From Flavobacterium sp. (GTDB taxonomy: Bacteria > Bacteroidota > Bacteroidia > Flavobacteriales > Flavobacteriaceae), in NCBI GenBank assembly GCA_036399435.1, contig DASWND010000162.1, forward strand, positions 6,280 through 70,279: a stretch of 64,000 nucleotides of DNA, in the 5' to 3' direction. A program made the position numbers and the translations under genes. Under the pieces are notes generated by a model. It ran no database searches. It was not told where the DNA came from and saw only the letters and a list, made by a program, of their open reading frames with translations. Of this stretch, positions 17,092-25,438 are shown piece after piece. The first letter of the stretch is position 1, and every line of letters begins with the position of its first letter.

Positions 17092-19656
17092 ATGAAACAG
17101 ATAATCACAATCGTATTACTGTACTTGGGATTAGCAAATGGTTATGGACAGCACCAAGGACATGTACATGAAGATATAAGTAAAAGTGTTGCGCTTGTAC
17201 AGGACCAATATGTTTGTCCTATGCATCCTGAAGTTAACTCAGGTAAGCCCGGAAATTGCCCCAAGTGTGGGATGAAGCTTGTTCTTCAAAAAGTAAAGGC
17301 AGTTAAAAAAACGGATTCCAAAGCGACTAAGCCGCCTGTCAAAGTACCGGCTAAGCCTAAACCTAAACCTCAGCCGATCAAAAAATCTGAGCCTGAAAAA
17401 GCTGCAGAAGTACAAACCGTACCAGATGCTACACCTACAGTTGAAAAATCAGGACACACTCCTGAAAAGCCTGGAAAAAGCTATAAAGGCAAGCGGGTCC
17501 GTTACGATCTGTTTGTGCGTGATACTATCGTTAATTACAGCGGAAAGAAACGAATGGCAATCGCTATCAATGGTTCCATTCCTGCACCGACACTGACTTT
17601 TACTGAAGGAGATACTGCTGAAGTTCATGTGCACAATATGATGGAGAAGGAAACATCAATTCATTGGCACGGTGTTTTTCTACCAAATCAGTATGATGGC
17701 GTGCCTTATTTGACACAGATGCCGATCGCGCCGAGATCTAGTTTCGTTTATAAATTCCCCGTAATCCAAAATGGGACATACTGGTACCATAGCCATACAG
17801 GTCTTCAGGAGCAAAGCGGCATGTATGGTGCCTTGATCTTTAAAAAGCCAAACGAGCCAGATATTCCTGCGATACCTGTGGTGTTAAGTGAATGGATCGA
17901 CATGAAGCCAATGGAGGTTGATCGACGACTTCATACTGCCTCTGATTGGTTTGGTATTAAAAAAAATACTGTACAAAGCTACGCTGAAGCAATAAAAGCG
18001 GGTCATTTTAAGACGAAAGTCAACAACGAATGGAAGCGCATGAATGCAATGGATGTAAGCGACGTTGCTTATGATGCCTTTTTAGTTAACGGCGCAATTG
18101 AAAAGCAGTATCCGAAATTTAAGGCGGGGGACAAGGTAAAATTGCGCATCGTCAACGGTGGCGCCTCATCTTATTTTTGGCTGACTTATTCAGGCGGAAA
18201 AATAACTGTTGTCGGAAATGATGGAAATGATGTCGAACCTGTTGAGGTTGATAGATTGATCATAGCGACGGCAGAGACATATGATGTCATTGTTACAATT
18301 CCTGAAGATATGAGTTATGAATTTTTAGTAACTCCGGAGGACCGTACCAAGTCGGCTTCACTATGGTTAGGTGACGGAATGAAGATGCCCGCCGAAAAGC
18401 TACCTAGATTAAAATATTTTGCCGGCATGAAGATGATGAACGAAATGATGGATATGAAGGGTGACATGAAGCCTATGGGAATGGAAATGAGCAACCAGAC
18501 CATGGATATGAACTCAGTGATGTATCCTGAAATTACAGGTCCTGAACATCCAGAAGAAAGCGCAGTGGAACCTCAAGCCGTGCCGGAAGCAAGGGAAGGT
18601 CATGAAGGTCATAATATGGCAGATATGACTACCGGAGACAACGAAATAGTGACACTTAATTACGCCATGTTAAGAGCGCAGGAAAAGACTACGCTTCCTG
18701 ACAAACCTTTTAGAGAGCTTCACTTTGAGTTAACGGGAAACATGAACCGCTATGTGTGGACATTGGACAATAAGACCGTTTCAGAATCTGACAAAATATT
18801 GATCAAGAAAGGTGAAAACATCCGCATTACTATGTACAATAATTCGATGATGCGACACCCGATGCATTTGCACGGCCACGATTTCCGGGTGATAAATGGT
18901 CAGGGCGACTATGCACCGATGAAGAACACGATTGATGTCATGCCAATGGAGACTAATATAATCGAATTTGCCGCCACCGAATCAGGAGATTGGCTCTTTC
19001 ATTGCCACATCTTATATCATATGATGAGCGGCATGGGCAGAATATTCTCTTATGAAGATTCGCCACCAAACCCTTTTATCGCAAACCCTCAGGCCGCATA
19101 TAAAAAATTGATGTCAGATGATAAACGGTTTCATTTTATGTTTGAGAATGATTTCGCTTCCAATGGTAATGATGGTATGGCAATGCTTGCAAATACAAGA
19201 TGGCAGATATCGTCTGAATGGAGATTGGGCTACAATAGCATGCATGGCTATGAAGTGGAAACACATATTGGCAGGTACTTTGGACAAAACCAATGGCTGA
19301 TGCCTTTCATCGGTTTCGACTGGCGGTATCGCAGAATGGGCAAGGCCGAGCATGAGGAAAACTTGTTTGGACAAGTCAACTCTAAAGATAGACGCGCTGA
19401 ATTTTCTGCCGGTGTGGAATATATGTTGCCAATGTTGGTAAAAGCCAGTGCTGAGGTTTATACGGACGGAAATGTGCGGTTGACGCTACGCCGGGAAGAT
19501 ATTCCTGTTACGAGGCAATTGCGAATGAACCTGATGTTTAATTCGGATAAGGAATACATGGCCGGACTTAGATACTCAATAGGAAGATACTTTTCGCCGT
19601 CAGTACATTATGATAGTGATATGGGGTTAGGTGCTGGAGTGACGTTTATATACTAG
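17092..19656 (+). CDS. Multicopper oxidase (CopA/PcoA-like) with N-terminal metal-binding knuckle and C-terminal CopB/PcoB-like beta-barrel domain
   Basis: 854 aa with a Sec-type signal peptide. Modules in order: YVCPMHPEVNSGKPGNCPKCGMKL knuckle; K/P-rich linker; MCO core; C-terminal ~190 aa barrel-like region. The MCO Cu-ligand motifs are HWHG, WYHSH, HPMHLHGH and HCHILYHMMSGM, with a Met-rich insert. The C-terminal region has an alternating pattern and ends in GAGVTFIY. Confidence 0.85.
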   Translation: MKQIITIVLLYLGLANGYGQHQGHVHEDISKSVALVQDQYVCPMHPEVNSGKPGNCPKCGMKLVLQKVKAVKKTDSKATKPPVKVPAKPKPKPQPIKKSEPEKAAEVQTVPDATPTVEKSGHTPEKPGKSYKGKRVRYDLFVRDTIVNYSGKKRMAIAINGSIPAPTLTFTEGDTAEVHVHNMMEKETSIHWHGVFLPNQYDGVPYLTQMPIAPRSSFVYKFPVIQNGTYWYHSHTGLQEQSGMYGALIFKKPNEPDIPAIPVVLSEWIDMKPMEVDRRLHTASDWFGIKKNTVQSYAEAIKAGHFKTKVNNEWKRMNAMDVSDVAYDAFLVNGAIEKQYPKFKAGDKVKLRIVNGGASSYFWLTYSGGKITVVGNDGNDVEPVEVDRLIIATAETYDVIVTIPEDMSYEFLVTPEDRTKSASLWLGDGMKMPAEKLPRLKYFAGMKMMNEMMDMKGDMKPMGMEMSNQTMDMNSVMYPEITGPEHPEESAVEPQAVPEAREGHEGHNMADMTTGDNEIVTLNYAMLRAQEKTTLPDKPFRELHFELTGNMNRYVWTLDNKTVSESDKILIKKGENIRITMYNNSMMRHPMHLHGHDFRVINGQGDYAPMKNTIDVMPMETNIIEFAATESGDWLFHCHILYHMMSGMGRIFSYEDSPPNPFIANPQAAYKKLMSDDKRFHFMFENDFASNGNDGMAMLANTRWQISSEWRLGYNSMHGYEVETHIGRYFGQNQWLMPFIGFDWRYRRMGKAEHEENLFGQVNSKDRRAEFSAGVEYMLPMLVKASAEVYTDGNVRLTLRREDIPVTRQLRMNLMFNSDKEYMAGLRYSIGRYFSPSVHYDSDMGLGAGVTFIY

Positions 19657-20161
19657 ACTTTGTACAATTGGATTTGTTCAAACTTCAGATAACTTACCGT
19701 TTTCTTTCACAACCTTGGGAGGGTAGCTAAAAATTATCATTATTTATGTCAGAGAGTGGCTTTGTAAGATTAAAAAAAAAGGAGCGCAACCGATAACTTT
19801 GGCACCTGGGGGCGAAGGGGTGGCTGAGCTAAGAAAAAAAATCGACTTTATATTAAAGGGGTGGGGTCATTCAGAAATCATTTCGACAGCATTTTTCTCA
19901 AATTTTTTACGTCTTTGTTGTATCAATACATATACTACATGCAAATGGGATTAATTTTACCATTTAGTTCGGGATTTTTACATTTTTTACTGGCAAATAA
20001 TAAAGCATCAGTAGTGATAAGATATTGATAGTTAATAAATTAACCCTGACTTAAAAAATTTAGCATTATTTACCACCGCGTTTAGTTGTTGACGGCGCAT
20101 TTTCCGTTAATTAGATGCAGATGGATAAAAGGTTGGATAAAAAATGTATATAAAAAAGAAA

Positions 20162-20183
20162 AACACCTGTAGATACAGGTGTT
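20162..20183 (-). terminator. Rho-independent terminator downstream of tRNA-Asn (bidirectional geometry)
   Basis: aacacctgt-agat-acaggtgtt, a 9-bp stem flanked by an A-run on one side and a T-run on the other. Confidence 0.75.
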
Positions 20184-20197
20184 TTTAAATTAATCTG

Positions 20198-20271
20198 CTC
20201 CCCCTCTTGGGCTCGAACCAAGGACCCTCTGATTAACAGTCAGATGCTCTAACCAACTGAGCTAAGGAGGA
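20198..20271 (-). tRNA. tRNA-Asn (anticodon GTT)
   Basis: The reverse complement folds as a cloverleaf. Elements: acceptor TCCTCCT/AGGGGGA, D-arm GCTC-AGTTGGTTA-GAGC, anticodon stem TCTGA/TCAGA with loop CTGTTAA, and T-arm CTTGG-TTCGAGC-CCAAG. CCA is not encoded. Confidence 0.93.
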
Positions 20272-20295
20272 AGGCGTATGCCTTTTAAAGCGGTG

Positions 20296-20303
20296 CAAAT
20301 ATA
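20296..20303 (-). promoter_or_regulatory. Bacteroidota -7 box (TATATTTG) for tRNA-Asn
   Basis: Exact TAnnTTTG match on the minus strand, ~25 nt upstream of the mature tRNA 5' end. Confidence 0.45.
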
Positions 20304-20348
20304 AGGCGAAATATTTTTATCGCAAACATTTAGCACGTATTTTTAAAA

Positions 20349-21692
20349 TTATTTGCCTGCTATTGCTTTGTAGATGTCATTACCGTTTGCCAGCAGCACA
20401 AGGCTGATCAAAAGTACAAATCCCGTGATCTGGGCATACTCCATAAACTTGTCGCTCGGCTTGCGTCTTGTTATCATTTCAAATAACAGGAACATTACGT
20501 GTCCACCGTCAAGCGCAGGAATCGGAAGCAGGTTCATAACCCCAAGCATAATAGACAACAGTGCGGTTATGCTCCAGAACGCTTCCCAGCTCCAGTTACT
20601 TGGAAAAATATCAAATATTGCATAAAACCCGCCGACACCTTTATAAGCACCGGTATTCGGATTAAAAATCGCCTTTAGTTGATCAAAATATTTACCAAGC
20701 TGCTCGCCGCTGGCTCTGATTCCGGCTGGAAATGATTCGGCGAACGTATATTCTTCTTTACTTATCTTATAATATCCTAATCTTTCCAGGTTATCCATTT
20801 TTGGACTTCCCGGATAAATTCCAAGCTTGCCATCTTTATTAAAGGCAACAGTCGCCGCCTGCTGTTTTTCATCCCGCAACACCGTTGCAGGAAAGCTTTG
20901 TCCCGGATGTTTCTTTGCGAAATCAACGATCTGGTCATAATACTTCGTCGGCTGCCCGTTTATCGAAGTGATCAGGTCACCTTGCTGAAGCAGTTTAATA
21001 TTGGGCGAATCATCTGCAAATCTTCCGACCACAAATGGCATACGTAGGTTAATCAGAGGCTCTTTTTTTCCATCCATTAAGGATGACAGCAAATCGACCG
21101 GCAGATTCATATCCTGCACTTTACCATCGCGTTCTATCGTCACGGTTTTAGCAAAAAGAACTGCATAAGCAGCATCATCAAAATGATCATACTTTTGTCC
21201 GTCGACAGCTAAAATCTTATCGCCTGTTTTAAATCCGACTTTTTCGCCAACCGGGTTAGCGACCATAATTCCGTCTTTTACCTCGCTGCTGGCGATATAT
21301 GTTTCACCGTAAACGTAAGCCATTCCGATATAAATAATGACTGCCAGGACAAAGTTGACCGTTACGCCACCAAGCATGATGATCAATCTCTGCCAGGCTG
21401 GCTTAGAGCGAAATTCCCACGGCTGAGGTGGTAAAGCAAGCTGTTCCTTGTCCATGCTCTCGTCTACCATTCCGGCTATTTTTACGTAACCACCAAGAGG
21501 AAGCCATCCGATGCCGTATTCGGTTTCACCAATTTTCTTTTTGAGCAGTGAAAATTTCACATCAAAAAACAGGTAAAATTTCTCAACACGTGTTTTAAAT
21601 AATTTTGCTGGTATGAAGTGTCCGAGTTCGTGCAGTACAATGAGAAGGGAAAGGCTCAATAGAAATTGAGAAAGCTTAATAAGTATTTCCAT
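20349..21692 (-). CDS. rseP: RIP metalloprotease RseP (site-2 protease)
   Basis: 447 aa with HELGHF zinc motif at the N-terminus, central PDZ-like region and C-terminal NLLPIPALDGG motif. Confidence 0.92.
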   Translation of the reverse strand: MEILIKLSQFLLSLSLLIVLHELGHFIPAKLFKTRVEKFYLFFDVKFSLLKKKIGETEYGIGWLPLGGYVKIAGMVDESMDKEQLALPPQPWEFRSKPAWQRLIIMLGGVTVNFVLAVIIYIGMAYVYGETYIASSEVKDGIMVANPVGEKVGFKTGDKILAVDGQKYDHFDDAAYAVLFAKTVTIERDGKVQDMNLPVDLLSSLMDGKKEPLINLRMPFVVGRFADDSPNIKLLQQGDLITSINGQPTKYYDQIVDFAKKHPGQSFPATVLRDEKQQAATVAFNKDGKLGIYPGSPKMDNLERLGYYKISKEEYTFAESFPAGIRASGEQLGKYFDQLKAIFNPNTGAYKGVGGFYAIFDIFPSNWSWEAFWSITALLSIMLGVMNLLPIPALDGGHVMFLLFEMITRRKPSDKFMEYAQITGFVLLISLVLLANGNDIYKAIAGK

Positions 21693-21717
21693 TTTGTGAA
21701 TCAGGTTCTAAAGGCGA

Positions 21718-21725
21718 CAAAAATA
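21718..21725 (-). promoter_or_regulatory. Bacteroidota -7 box (TATTTTTG) for rseP
   Basis: Exact TAnnTTTG match on the minus strand, 26 nt upstream of the ATG at 21692. Confidence 0.45.
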
Positions 21726-21871
21726 GTGTTTTATGTTCATTATATACCTACAGCGTTGTGAATGCCTATTTAAATGTTTGTTAATAAGCAGCAGCGCGTT
21801 TTTAGTTTTTTTGATGAACTGCGTAACTTTACTAAGTTGCGGTTTTTTCAATTCAGCCAAACCACTATTCT

Positions 21872-22942
21872 ATGTCGTCAGTATTATTCTCTCCGTTACA
21901 GATCAAAAGCATTATTTTAAAAAACCGCATTGTAATTTCACCGATGTGCCAATATTCGGCGCATGATGGTTTTGCAAATGACTGGCATCTTGTACATCTT
22001 GGAAGCCGCGCCATTGGTGGTGCTTCACTTGTTATTCAGGAAGCAACTGCTGTTTCGCCTGAAGGTCGGATTTCGCCCGGCGACCTTGGATTGTGGAAAG
22101 ATGAACACATCGATAAGCTAAAATCTATTGCACATTTTATATTAGGACAAATTGCTGTGCCCGGGATCCAGCTTGCACACGCAGGCCGAAAAGCCAGCAT
22201 AGCAACACCATGGCAGGGAAATCAAAGGCTGATTCCAAATTTTGACGGTTGGCAAACAGTTGCACCAAGCGCGATCGGATATCATGATGATGGTTATCCG
22301 CCCACTGCACTAGACGAAGAAGGAATTTCAAAAGTTATCTCTGATTTTAAGTCGGCCGCTGCTCGTGCTGTCGTCGCAGGATATAAAGTTCTTGAAATCC
22401 ACGCTGCTCACGGTTATCTGCTGCATCAATTTTTATCGCCATTGTCGAACCTTCGTGATGATGCTTACGGTGGATCTTTTGAAAACCGGATAAGGCTCAT
22501 GCTTGAAGTTCTCGAAGCTGTTCAATCCGAATGGCCGTCAGATCTTCCATTATTAGTGAGGATTTCAGCCACTGATTGGGCTGAAGGTGGCTGGAATGAT
22601 GATGATTCGGTCAGACTTGCATCTATTTTGAAACAAAAAGGTGTTGACGTTATTGACGTTTCTTCAGGAGGATTGGTATCTCATCAGCAGATACCGGTCG
22701 AACCAAATTATCAGGTGCCTTTTGCAGACAAAATAAAGAAGGACGCAGGAATTAAAACCGCCGCAGTAGGATTGATCACAAAGTCAGATCAGGCAGAAAG
22801 TATCTTAAAAAATGGTCAGGCAGATCTGGTTCTGTTTGCACGGGAATCACTCCGAAATCCGCATCTGGCACTGACATTCGCAACGGAACTGAACGAAGAT
22901 ATTCACTGGCCGAATCAATATCAAAGGGCAAAAATAAGGTAG
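21872..22942 (+). CDS. NADH:flavin oxidoreductase, Old Yellow Enzyme family (YqjM/NamA-like ene-reductase)
   Basis: 356 aa. Motifs SPMCQYSA, IQLAHAGRKAS and LEIHAAHGYLLHQFLSPLSN. Confidence 0.88.
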   Translation: MSSVLFSPLQIKSIILKNRIVISPMCQYSAHDGFANDWHLVHLGSRAIGGASLVIQEATAVSPEGRISPGDLGLWKDEHIDKLKSIAHFILGQIAVPGIQLAHAGRKASIATPWQGNQRLIPNFDGWQTVAPSAIGYHDDGYPPTALDEEGISKVISDFKSAAARAVVAGYKVLEIHAAHGYLLHQFLSPLSNLRDDAYGGSFENRIRLMLEVLEAVQSEWPSDLPLLVRISATDWAEGGWNDDDSVRLASILKQKGVDVIDVSSGGLVSHQQIPVEPNYQVPFADKIKKDAGIKTAAVGLITKSDQAESILKNGQADLVLFARESLRNPHLALTFATELNEDIHWPNQYQRAKIR

Positions 22943-23983
22943 ATGCATAAAATCAGAACAGCATTGCTTTCATACGGAATGTCGGGAAAAGTGTTTCACG
23001 CGCCATTTCTTGAACTGCATCCGGGATTTGAACTAACAGGAGCATGGGAGCGAAGCAAAAAACTGATTCATGAGGATTTTCCCCTTGTCAGAAGCTATGG
23101 TTCTTTTGAGGAACTTCTTGACGATGATGTAGAACTGGTAATAGTCAACACACCGGTTTACACGCATTTTGAATATGCAGAAAAAGCATTGTTGGCAGGA
23201 AAACATGTACTTGTTGAAAAAGCTTTTACTACAACTGTAGAGGAAGCTGAAACTTTAAATGAACTCGCGAAAAGACGAAAATTAAAACTTGCAGTATTTC
23301 AGAATCGTCGTTGGGACAGCGATTTTAAAACTGTTCAGGATGTTCTTGCAAAGAATATTTTAGGTGATATTGTTGAAGCCGAAATACATTTTGACCGATA
23401 CAACCCGAAGCTAAGCCCGAAACTGCATAAGGAAAAACAAAATGCCGGTGCCGGAATTTTAATAGATCTCGGTTCGCACATAATCGATCAGGCGCTTTGC
23501 CTTTTTGGATTCCCGGAATCATTGTATGCTGACATTCGCATCACACGCGAAGATTCAATTGTTGATGATTGGTTTGATATCACTTTGGTTTATCCTGACC
23601 TAAGAGTGAGATTAAAGGCGGGTTTTTTAGCCCGTGAGCCTTTGCCATCGTACATTATTCACGGAAAAACCGGTTCGTTCATCAAAAGCCGCGGCGATAT
23701 TCAGGAAGACGAGCTTAAACTCGGCAAAAAACCAATGGTGACAGATTGGGGAAAAGAGCCACAGCACAAATCCGGGTTACTACACACTGAAATTGAACGC
23801 GCTATAGTTCGTGAAAACGTGCCAACGCTGCCCGGAAATTATTATGATTTTTTTGAACTTTTGTTCCGTGCAATAAAGAAAAAAGAAGCGGTTCCCGTTT
23901 CAGCTGCAGACGGAATCAATGTCATGAGAATCATTGAGGCAGCCAGAACCAGTAGCAATGAGAAAAAACAAATAACATTTTAG
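22943..23983 (+). CDS. Gfo/Idh/MocA-family NAD(P)-dependent oxidoreductase
   Basis: 346 aa with an N-terminal Rossmann region (LLSYGMSGKVFHAPFL) and EKAF motif (HVLVEKAFT). Its start abuts the upstream stop (TAGATG). Confidence 0.8.
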   Translation: MHKIRTALLSYGMSGKVFHAPFLELHPGFELTGAWERSKKLIHEDFPLVRSYGSFEELLDDDVELVIVNTPVYTHFEYAEKALLAGKHVLVEKAFTTTVEEAETLNELAKRRKLKLAVFQNRRWDSDFKTVQDVLAKNILGDIVEAEIHFDRYNPKLSPKLHKEKQNAGAGILIDLGSHIIDQALCLFGFPESLYADIRITREDSIVDDWFDITLVYPDLRVRLKAGFLAREPLPSYIIHGKTGSFIKSRGDIQEDELKLGKKPMVTDWGKEPQHKSGLLHTEIERAIVRENVPTLPGNYYDFFELLFRAIKKKEAVPVSAADGINVMRIIEAARTSSNEKKQITF

Positions 23984-23984
23984 A

Positions 23985-24935
23985 ATGGAAACCAGAAAAA
24001 TAGGAGAAACAGAACTGCAGATTTATCCAATTGTTTTCGGCGGTAATGTTTTTGGATGGACAATAGATGAAAAGCAATCCAACATTATCCTTGACGAATT
24101 CGTAGGCGGTGGTTTCAACTGCATTGATACGGCTGATAGTTATTCAAGATGGGCACCGGGAAACTCAGGTGGCGAATCTGAAACCATCATCGGTAAATGG
24201 ATGCATCAGAAGAAGAACCGTTCCGAAATTATCCTTGCCACCAAAGTAGGCTCAGATATGGGAGACGGCAAAAAAGGCGTCAGCAAGAAGTACATTTTGC
24301 AGGCTGCTGAAGATTCGCTCAAACGGCTCAAAACAGATTATATAGATCTTTATCAGACTCATTTTGATGATGAAGCGACGCCGGTTGAAGAAACCATGGA
24401 AGCGTATGCAGAACTCGTAAAGTCCGGCAAAGTCAGATATATCGGAACTTCTAATATGTCTGCCGATCGATTGAAAGAATCTTTGGCAGTAAGTGCCGAA
24501 AATGGTTATCCGCTTTATCAATGCGTTCAGCCGCATTATAATTTGTACGCCCGCGAGAAATTTGAAAGTACATTGGAACCGATTTGCCTCGGCCACAGCC
24601 TTGGCGTGATAACCTATTTTTCACTCGAAAGCGGATTTCTAACCGGGAAATACCGGACAAACGCTGACTTGAATAAAAGTCCGCGTGGTGGTGACATGGA
24701 TAAATATTTTAACGAGCGCGGCCTCCGGATTTTAGAAGCCCTCGATCAGGTTGCTGCAGAGTACAATTCAGAACCGGCGTCAGTCGCATTGGCATGGCTG
24801 ATCAACCGTCCTTCGGTTACTGCGCCGATTGTAAGTGCAACTAAAAAAGAGCAACTCAACGCAATTATGAAAGCGCCCGAACTCAACTTAAATTCTGACG
24901 CAATACGTTTTTTAAACTCTAACAGCAACTGGTAA
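23985..24935 (+). CDS. Aldo/keto reductase
   Basis: 316 aa. Motifs FGGNVFGW, IDTADSYS and YIDLYQTH. Confidence 0.88.
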   Translation: METRKIGETELQIYPIVFGGNVFGWTIDEKQSNIILDEFVGGGFNCIDTADSYSRWAPGNSGGESETIIGKWMHQKKNRSEIILATKVGSDMGDGKKGVSKKYILQAAEDSLKRLKTDYIDLYQTHFDDEATPVEETMEAYAELVKSGKVRYIGTSNMSADRLKESLAVSAENGYPLYQCVQPHYNLYAREKFESTLEPICLGHSLGVITYFSLESGFLTGKYRTNADLNKSPRGGDMDKYFNERGLRILEALDQVAAEYNSEPASVALAWLINRPSVTAPIVSATKKEQLNAIMKAPELNLNSDAIRFLNSNSNW

Positions 24936-24936
24936 T

Positions 24937-25434
24937 ATGGATCCGATACAATTACGATTTAATGACGACGGAGCAATTCCGAACAGCAAGTTTCCGCTGC
25001 TGATATATAAAAATGTGTTCACCTTTGAAGTTGCGGATGCCGATCATATTGAAGCGCATTTTGCCGAACGTAACTGGAGCAATTCATGGCGAGGCGGAAT
25101 CTTCGACTATCATCATTACCACAGTATTTCACATGAAGTCCTTGGTGTCTACAGCGGATATGCAACTGTAAAATTCGGAGGTGAACAAGGCGAGGAAATC
25201 GACATTGAAGAAGGAGACGTTGTCGTAATTCCCGCAGGCGTTGGTCATAAGAAAATATCATCTTCGGAAGATTTTGCCGTGGTAGGTGCTTATCCTAACG
25301 GAAGCGATTTCGACATCTTAACGGGAAAAGAAGGCGAGCGTACTCAAGCTGATGAGAACATTGCGAATGTTTCAATTCCCGATAATGACCCTGTTTATGG
25401 TAAAATGGAGGGATTGCTTTCACTTTGGAAATAA
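24937..25434 (+). CDS. Cupin domain protein (YjlB-like)
   Basis: 165 aa with cupin motifs HYHSISHEVLGVYSG and GDVVVIPAGVGHK. Confidence 0.75.
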   Translation: MDPIQLRFNDDGAIPNSKFPLLIYKNVFTFEVADADHIEAHFAERNWSNSWRGGIFDYHHYHSISHEVLGVYSGYATVKFGGEQGEEIDIEEGDVVVIPAGVGHKKISSSEDFAVVGAYPNGSDFDILTGKEGERTQADENIANVSIPDNDPVYGKMEGLLSLWK

Positions 25435-25438
25435 TATT

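Larger units (their letters stand above)
1..20197. other. Putative accessory region / genomic island abutting the 3' end of tRNA-Asn (helicase plus metal-resistance cargo); left border not in window
   Basis: The gene content is entirely accessory (defence-like helicase, czc-like and cop-like operons, one decayed gene). It ends at the 3' side of a tRNA gene. Housekeeping genes start immediately beyond the tRNA. No integrase or direct repeat of the tRNA 3' end was found in the window. Confidence 0.45.

Noticed and set aside
19823-19832. The 10-mer ctgagctaag is identical to part of the tRNA-Asn D-arm region (20257-20266). It could be a tRNA remnant or att repeat.
   Set aside because: The match covers the 5' (D-arm) part of the tRNA, not the 3' end that integrases duplicate. 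Flanking bases do not extend the match or fold as a tRNA. It is most likely chance.
21733-21966. A 77-aa ORF spanning the rseP/OYE divergent region and the OYE start.
   Set aside because: It overlaps the well-supported OYE start (MSSVLFSPLQIK..). The product is low-complexity and hydrophobic with no motif.
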